Source: a virus
Lineage: Duplodnaviria; Caudoviricetes
DNA: 56,709 nucleotides
Virus record (IMG/VR): IMGVR_UViG_3300047276_000460
Coordinates: 1 to 56,709 of that record
Strand: one strand, 5' to 3'
The translations under genes were made by a program, and so were the position numbers. The notes under the pieces are model-generated. The model saw only the letters and a program-made list of their open reading frames with translations, had not been told where the DNA came from and ran no database searches. Below, piece by piece: positions 51,910 through 56,709 of this stretch (positions within the stretch are counted from its first letter, which is position 1; the number at the start of each line of letters is the position of its first letter).

Positions 51910-52221
51910 TCAGGCCTTCCGAGCCGAGACGGTGACGCGCGTGCTGCCCTTGACGGTCTTCTGGTTCTTGCTGAACCAGCGGCCATCGACGCCCAGCTCA
52001 CGGAGCTTGGCCTCTGCCGCCTTGGGGTCGAGCGTCTGGCGGTCTTCGGTGACCGAGACGGTGGCGCGGAAGGCAGCACCCTCGTGCGCGCCCGTGCCGA
52101 GCGCCTTGACTTCGTCGAGGAGGAAGGCCTCGACTTCCTTGAGTTCCGCGAGCTGCGCGCGGATCGCGCCGAGCCGGTCAACCGGGCTGATCGGGTCGAT
52201 GGTGAATGCAACTGCTGACAT
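51910..52221 (-). CDS. Hypothetical protein (103 aa)
   Basis: First ORF after PE9; GAAGGGAGAC SD. Confidence 0.75.
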   Translation of the reverse strand: MSAVAFTIDPISPVDRLGAIRAQLAELKEVEAFLLDEVKALGTGAHEGAAFRATVSVTEDRQTLDPKAAEAKLRELGVDGRWFSKNQKTVKGSTRVTVSARKA

Positions 52222-52238
52222 GTGGTGTCTCCCTTCGT

Positions 52239-52303
52239 GTTACTGACCATCCCCGTATAGGGGCGACAAATGGGGAGTGCAACCCCCCTGTTGAAATTAT
52301 TTT
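52239..52303 (-). promoter_or_regulatory. Promoter cassette PE9
   Basis: AAAATAATTTCAACAGGGGGG TTGCAC-17nt-TATACG-6nt-GTCAGTAAC; CCCC-TATAC-GGGG. Confidence 0.8.
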
Positions 52304-52692
52304 CACATGAGGTTGTACGCGTACCGGACGGCCTCGATCTGCTCCGCCTCGGTCATCGGGCCGTGCGTGCGCCCCGTCGCCAAGATCGCCTTGCAGAGAT
52401 CGCGCGAGCCGAATTTCATGTTGCGGACCATGGCGTCCATCTTCGCGTCGCGGTGCTCGACGCCCCGCGTGAGCAGGCTGAACGTCGATGGGCGCGGGGC
52501 CACGTTGCGGTCGGCCTTGGGCTTGGCAGGCTTGGCCGCCTTGGCCGCCTTGGCGACGGCAGGGGTCTTGACGCTCTGCGCGATGGCGGGGTGGGCCTTC
52601 TGCATCTCGGCGTAGCGCGCCTCGCGCTCGCGCTGCCGCTCGGCGAGCTGCTCGCGGGTCGGGCGGCGCACGCCCTTGGTGGTCTTGGTCAT
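52303..52692 (-). CDS. Basic hypothetical protein (AKAAKAAKPAKPK)
   Basis: GAGG SD; histone-like linker. Confidence 0.7.
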   Translation of the reverse strand: MTKTTKGVRRPTREQLAERQREREARYAEMQKAHPAIAQSVKTPAVAKAAKAAKPAKPKADRNVAPRPSTFSLLTRGVEHRDAKMDAMVRNMKFGSRDLCKAILATGRTHGPMTEAEQIEAVRYAYNLM

Positions 52693-52699
52693 GACTGCC

Positions 52700-52906
52700 T
52701 CACTTCGAGTAGAGTTGTTCAAGCATGTCGGCCAGCTTGTAGCGCGGCATACGGATGGCTTCCTGCCCGGTGTCGGACTGGACGGTGATGTTGACGCAGA
52801 GATTGTCGGCGAGCTGCGCGCCCTCGTGGTCGTCAACGGAGAAGCTCATGGCCTTGCTGCCGCTGGCGTCGCGACGGCTCAGGATGATCTTGCGGGTGGT
52901 GCTCAT
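52700..52906 (-). CDS. Hypothetical protein (68 aa)
   Basis: ATGA overlap; in-strand. Confidence 0.65.
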   Translation of the reverse strand: MSTTRKIILSRRDASGSKAMSFSVDDHEGAQLADNLCVNITVQSDTGQEAIRMPRYKLADMLEQLYSK

Positions 52907-53349
52907 TGGGGTTCTTTCTGTTCTAGGAGGGATTGAACGATCTGCCGGTCATCCCGCGCGCGGTCAAGTTTGCACTCGAGGACGTAGATCAGGCGGCGCC
53001 TGCGCTCGGCAAGTTGCGCGATGGCCTCAAGGGCTGTGAGGCTGGCCCACTGCTTGGCGCCGGGGCGCAGGTCCACCCACCGCAGCCCTGAGCCGCTCCA
53101 GATGTCCTTCATGGTTGCGCCGCAGGGCGTCCAGCGCTCAACTGGGAACGCCCACAACTCGATCTGGCCGTCCGTGACGCCATAGTGCTCACGGTCGGCA
53201 TCGACCGTGTAGCTGTAGCGCACGACGTCGGCGCGGATGAGCCAGCCCACCACGTCGGTGTAGTAGTAGCTGTGGCGGGCGATGGCCGCCTCCTCGGCGT
53301 CTGCGATGGTGGCATGGTCGCGCAGGGCGATGCCGTAAGCTAGTCTCAT
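52903..53349 (-). CDS. Hypothetical protein (MRLAYGIALR...)
   Basis: GGAGG SD; FPV.R.TP.G motif. Confidence 0.7.
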   Translation of the reverse strand: MRLAYGIALRDHATIADAEEAAIARHSYYYTDVVGWLIRADVVRYSYTVDADREHYGVTDGQIELWAFPVERWTPCGATMKDIWSGSGLRWVDLRPGAKQWASLTALEAIAQLAERRRRLIYVLECKLDRARDDRQIVQSLLEQKEPQ

Positions 53350-53357
53350 AGGGCCTC

Positions 53358-53690
53358 CTATGCAGCCAGACGGCTGCGGGGGTTGTCGTGGATGAAGTCG
53401 AGGAAGTCGGACGCGCTGCACGTCATGACGTACTTGAGGCGATCCCACTGGCGCTGCGACGGGCCGCTGTAGCCGGACGTCTCGGGCGTGTCGCGGTCGA
53501 GGATGACGGCCTTGTTGGTGTCGTCGAGGACGAAGATGCCGTTGTGCTCCGGGCCGATGAGGCCGAAGGCGTTGTACGCGCCTGCGATGCCGACGATGTA
53601 CTCGATCTCGCCGACCTTGCGGCGACGGACGGCGCCGTCCGCGTAGTGGTAGTTGCCGATGCAGTTGGCGATGCCGGATGCGTAAGACAT
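53358..53690 (-). CDS. Hypothetical protein (MSYASGIANC...)
   Basis: First ORF after PE10; ACAGGAG SD. Confidence 0.75.
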   Translation of the reverse strand: MSYASGIANCIGNYHYADGAVRRRKVGEIEYIVGIAGAYNAFGLIGPEHNGIFVLDDTNKAVILDRDTPETSGYSGPSQRQWDRLKYVMTCSASDFLDFIHDNPRSRLAA

Positions 53691-53704
53691 GGGGTAACTC
53701 CTGT

Positions 53705-53769
53705 GTTGCTGACCCACCCCATATAGCGACGGGGGTTGCGCATTGCAACCCCCCAGTTGAAATTATTTT
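53705..53769 (-). promoter_or_regulatory. Promoter cassette PE10
   Basis: AAAATAATTTCAACTGGGGGG TTGCAA-17nt-TATATG-6nt-GTCAGCAAC-ACAGGAG. Confidence 0.85.
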
Positions 53770-54074
53770 GTGTCTCCCAAGGCTGCGCTGACACCGCAGG
53801 TGCATTCTGCTCCTGTATAGTAACGAGCCGCACAAAGCGGTCCGCCTTGATGCTTCAGCGCCTCACGCAGCCGCTCGTTCTCCGCCTCAAGTGCGTCAAC
53901 CTTGGCATCGTGACGGCGGTACGTGTCCGCCTCGCGGTCAAGGATGGCCTTGATCTCCGCCGCTTGGGCTTCGATGCGGTCGGCCCCCAACCAAGGTGCC
54001 CAGTTTTCTGTTGGCGCAAAGCCTGACGCAGGGAGCATACTACGCAGCCATCCGCACAGTTCTTCGTCGGTCAT
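53763..54074 (-). CDS. Hypothetical protein (mosaic array)
   Basis: ADRIEA..REA.T..R.DAK.DALEAE module; ends AALGDTK. Confidence 0.65.
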   Translation of the reverse strand: MTDEELCGWLRSMLPASGFAPTENWAPWLGADRIEAQAAEIKAILDREADTYRRHDAKVDALEAENERLREALKHQGGPLCAARYYTGAECTCGVSAALGDTK

Positions 54075-54253
54075 TTCAAATTCTCCAGAAAGAGGCGCAG
54101 CTCATACGGAATGTCGGGCCGCGCGGGCTTGCCCTGCGATGGCAGGAAACGCTTGAGGTAGCTGGCCGGGATGCGGTTGCCTCCGACCACAGCGCAAGTG
54201 CAGCTACCGGGATATGCGCCGGTCACATCCTCGCAGTTGGGGTCGTGGATCAT
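54071..54253 (-). CDS. Hypothetical protein (MIHDPNC...)
   Basis: ATGA overlap with downstream ORF. Confidence 0.55.
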   Translation of the reverse strand: MIHDPNCEDVTGAYPGSCTCAVVGGNRIPASYLKRFLPSQGKPARPDIPYELRLFLENLK

Positions 54254-54633
54254 TTTAAATGCTCCCCTGCTTCGATGGCGTCTGCTGCTTGAGCGTGCGT
54301 GTCGCAAACAGGCTCCAAATTATCACCGCCGATTATTGGTTTCCGCATCCACGCCACGATCTTGGCGCGCTCTTCTGCGCCGTCATATCGCCGCCCGTCA
54401 TAGTAACCACGATCATATTGCGCTTGGCACTCAAGTCGCAGCTTCTCAATCTCCGCCTCAAGGGCATCAATCTTGGCGTCGTAGCGAGCGGTGGTTTCAG
54501 CTTCCCGATGCAGCGCGGTTTTGACTTCTGCTTCAAGGGCCTCGATGCGGTCTGCGGCTTTAAGGCATTTACCGTGGTGCGGCGGCATGGGGTCGCGCAG
54601 CCGCTCCACCAGCGCCTTTGCTTCATCAGTCAT
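54250..54633 (-). CDS. Hypothetical protein (mosaic array)
   Basis: Shares ADRIEA module with 53763 and EERAKIVAW/IEAG.HLK with 54630. Confidence 0.65.
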   Translation of the reverse strand: MTDEAKALVERLRDPMPPHHGKCLKAADRIEALEAEVKTALHREAETTARYDAKIDALEAEIEKLRLECQAQYDRGYYDGRRYDGAEERAKIVAWMRKPIIGGDNLEPVCDTHAQAADAIEAGEHLK

Positions 54634-54866
54634 TTCAAATGATCCCCTGCTTCGATTGCGCTGGCAACTACGTCTTCCGCGCTTCCGTCCATACTCAGCA
54701 CGATCTTATCGCTCCGCAGCCACGCCACGATCTTGGCGCGCTCTTCCATGCGGTGACGGGCGAAGGTTTCTGCGGTGAACACATGGCACTTGTCGCAAGT
54801 GCAAACCTCCACCTCATTCCATAGCTTTTCTGTTGCGTCCCAATCCGCCTGTGTAATCTCCGTCAT
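54630..54866 (-). CDS. Hypothetical protein (mosaic array)
   Basis: EERAKIVAW, IEAGDHLK; ATGA overlaps. Confidence 0.65.
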   Translation of the reverse strand: MTEITQADWDATEKLWNEVEVCTCDKCHVFTAETFARHRMEERAKIVAWLRSDKIVLSMDGSAEDVVASAIEAGDHLK

Positions 54867-55189
54867 TTCGCGTCTCCCAAGGCTGCGATTGCATCACGCT
54901 GACGATTGCCACAGCCACCATTAAGCCAATCCCGTGCAGCATCTTCCGATTGCGCAGATATGGCAGCGTATTGCTTTGCTCCGTTGTAATAAGCCAAGTC
55001 CTGCAATGCTTCACTTTTAGTTAGCGCCGCCTCAAGCTGCTCGATGCGCGCATCCCGCGCCGCGAGGGCTTCGGGGCCGTAGAGGGGTGTTTCGGTCCAG
55101 CCGTCCGGTCTTTTTGGCCATGTATGTTGCCTGAAGCCCACCCCAAGCACTGCGTTCGTGTAAAGCCACGCTATCGGTTCATCCGTCAT
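54863..55189 (-). CDS. Hypothetical protein (mosaic array)
   Basis: EPIAWLY...PLY module; ends AALGDAK. Confidence 0.65.
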   Translation of the reverse strand: MTDEPIAWLYTNAVLGVGFRQHTWPKRPDGWTETPLYGPEALAARDARIEQLEAALTKSEALQDLAYYNGAKQYAAISAQSEDAARDWLNGGCGNRQRDAIAALGDAK

Positions 55190-55383
55190 GCTTCACTCCT
55201 TGCGATCAGGGCTGCGGCGCACGTCCTGCATGGACTGTCAGGTGTAAAGCATTCGCCGCACAAATATTGCTTATTGCTACGCCAGTATTCGTATTCGCAT
55301 TCTTGCTGCATCGGTTTCGTTGGCGACGACTTCCTGATGAAAAACCTGCTCACGCGGCGGGCTAGGTCAATGAAACTAGTCAT
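55186..55383 (-). CDS. Small Cys-rich hypothetical protein
   Basis: CxxC...CxxC; ATGA overlaps. Confidence 0.55.
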   Translation of the reverse strand: MTSFIDLARRVSRFFIRKSSPTKPMQQECEYEYWRSNKQYLCGECFTPDSPCRTCAAALIARSEA

Positions 55384-55733
55384 TGCCCCACCTCCCGAAT
55401 TTCCAGACCGCGCGATTTGAGTTCATTGCGCAGGCAGGCTGCATAGCTTTCCGGATCACTCCCTGACCGCCCGTCCTGTAGCGCCTTAACAGCCTCCACA
55501 AGCGGGTCCGGCTTGGCGATGATGAAGTCCGCCACATCCTCACGGCTGACGCCATACGCGCTCATCAGATTTAGCATACGTTCACTCACTTCCTGCCGGA
55601 AAGCGTCTCGCTCGCGGATGAGGTGAAGGATAGTGTCGCGCAATTCGGCTTCGTCTACGTCATAGAAAGAGGCGTATTCGATAAAACCTACCTCATTCAC
55701 CAACGCCAGCGCCCGTGCTTCGATGTCGCTCAT
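55380..55733 (-). CDS. Hypothetical protein (MSDIEARALALVNE...)
   Basis: ATGA overlaps on both sides. Confidence 0.65.
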   Translation of the reverse strand: MSDIEARALALVNEVGFIEYASFYDVDEAELRDTILHLIRERDAFRQEVSERMLNLMSAYGVSREDVADFIIAKPDPLVEAVKALQDGRSGSDPESYAACLRNELKSRGLEIREVGQ

Positions 55734-56053
55734 TTCCCAAATCCCTCTTCCCAAAGTTCAATAGCGCGGAGGCAATCTTGCACGGCAGGGCCGTCATCCA
55801 TGCTGCCGCTGCGATACCTACTGCTGTTGGACCACACCAACACGTTTCGCGTCATCGCCTCCCGCGCACACAGCAGCTTCCGATCCACGGGCGGCTGCTC
55901 ATGCTTCAGGATCATGTCGCAGAGTGCGAGAAAATAGGGTCGCGCTGCTTTAGCGATACGCCCTGCCCGAAACTGCGCGGGTGTTAGACGGAAGCCCGCC
56001 CGCTTCGCGGCTTCGATCAGCACCCAGTCGGGCATGGTCTGTTCGTCGGTCAT
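55730..56053 (-). CDS. Hypothetical protein (107 aa)
   Basis: ATGA overlaps; PDWVLIEAAKR. Confidence 0.65.
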   Translation of the reverse strand: MTDEQTMPDWVLIEAAKRAGFRLTPAQFRAGRIAKAARPYFLALCDMILKHEQPPVDRKLLCAREAMTRNVLVWSNSSRYRSGSMDDGPAVQDCLRAIELWEEGFGK

Positions 56054-56451
56054 GACATCACCTTCGCGTCTTCATACGACCAGCCCTCTGGCGCAGCGCC
56101 CAGCGCCACATACGTGCGGATGCGGGCGGCGGCACCCTTGGGTGTGTTGTCGTAATATGTCCACCCCGAGCTAAACATATAGTCGAAGCAGCGGTCGGGC
56201 AGTCGGCCAAACACACGGTCGGCATAATCTCCCCAGTCAGTGTCCCCATAGACGCGGACGCCAGCAGACGGACCATGGCCGATGGCGCAGGCGACCGTGC
56301 CGCAGGTGGGCTTGTTCTGCGTCGTGATCCAGACGACATCGCCGTCTTCGTCCTTCATGTACTCGTACATGTCGAACCGCTCGTAGTCGTCCGGCAGCGT
56401 GTCGAGATACGCGGCCAGCTTGAGCAGGTTGGCTTTGTGCTTGGCTTTCAT
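56050..56451 (-). CDS. Hypothetical protein with CGTVACAIGH motif
   Basis: GGAG SD; LLKLA.YL..LP...FDM, CGT..C..G pattern common in phage early proteins. Confidence 0.75.
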   Translation of the reverse strand: MKAKHKANLLKLAAYLDTLPDDYERFDMYEYMKDEDGDVVWITTQNKPTCGTVACAIGHGPSAGVRVYGDTDWGDYADRVFGRLPDRCFDYMFSSGWTYYDNTPKGAAARIRTYVALGAAPEGWSYEDAKVMS

Positions 56452-56454
56452 GTC

Positions 56455-56709
56455 TCATTCTCCCTTTGAAATGGCGTTGCGGCTCTGCGCGTAGGCGGCG
56501 AGCTGTGCGTTGCGTGCGTCGATGATGACCTTGGTACCGAACTTGAGATCGGCAGCCACGGCAGCCATCAGGGCCGCGTTGAGGTGGGCGCCCAGCGACG
56601 CCGGACGGTCGTAGAAGTCGCCGGTCGCGATGTCGTAGAACGTGCCGTTATCGACGATGCGCTCCAGCTCGGCTGCGGCCTCGGCGTAGTAGTCGGGGTA
56701 TTCGACGTC
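56455..56709 (-). CDS. Hypothetical early protein, 3' part (start at 278 across the join)
   Basis: Frame continuous with 278-1; TGA at 56457-56455. Confidence 0.75.
   Translation of the reverse strand, partial: DVEYPDYYAEAAAELERIVDNGTFYDIATGDFYDRPASLGAHLNAALMAAVAADLKFGTKVIIDARNAQLAAYAQSRNAISKGE
56543..56709. repeat. Terminal direct repeat / circular assembly overlap (copy 2)
   Basis: Matches 1-167 with one mismatch. Confidence 0.95.

Overview
The window is an essentially complete, circularly closed (167-bp terminal overlap, 1 mismatch) high-GC dsDNA tailed-phage genome of about 56.5 kb. It is most likely a podovirus-type phage of an alphaproteobacterial host (GapR-like gene; P22-like portal with coiled-coil tail, adaptor/nozzle and ejection-protein genes; no tail tube or tape measure seen). 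No integrase, tRNA, CRISPR array or reverse transcriptase was recognised. The + strand (3963-40529) carries terS, terL, portal, a GroES-like co-chaperonin, scaffold, capsid, small basic head proteins, two tail fibres, a GH108 endolysin/holin/spanin cassette, a metallophosphoesterase and internal/ejection proteins. The - strand (40533-56709 joined to 1-3434) carries an APSE/BPP-1-type replication module (primase-helicase, DUF2800 nuclease, SSB, PolA, VRR-NUC, SNF2 helicase), a Mom-like DNA-modification gene and many small early ORFs. Four observations stand out. (1) A family of about 10 sigma70-like promoter cassettes, most with an internal inverted repeat and a fixed GTCAGCAAC transcript-start motif. 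(2) A 23-bp stem-loop in the polymerase leader whose loop is antisense to that motif plus the SD and to the polymerase start codon, a candidate RNA-RNA switch. (3) A nested +1-frame ORF with its own SD inside the polymerase. (4) A recurring [FYM]-x-x-G-G-[LI] peptide tag on small basic head proteins, ejection proteins and enzyme-like (ART-like, HDxxGH, glycosylase-like) proteins, a candidate virion cargo-loading system. All family assignments are by-eye motif recognition, not database searches.
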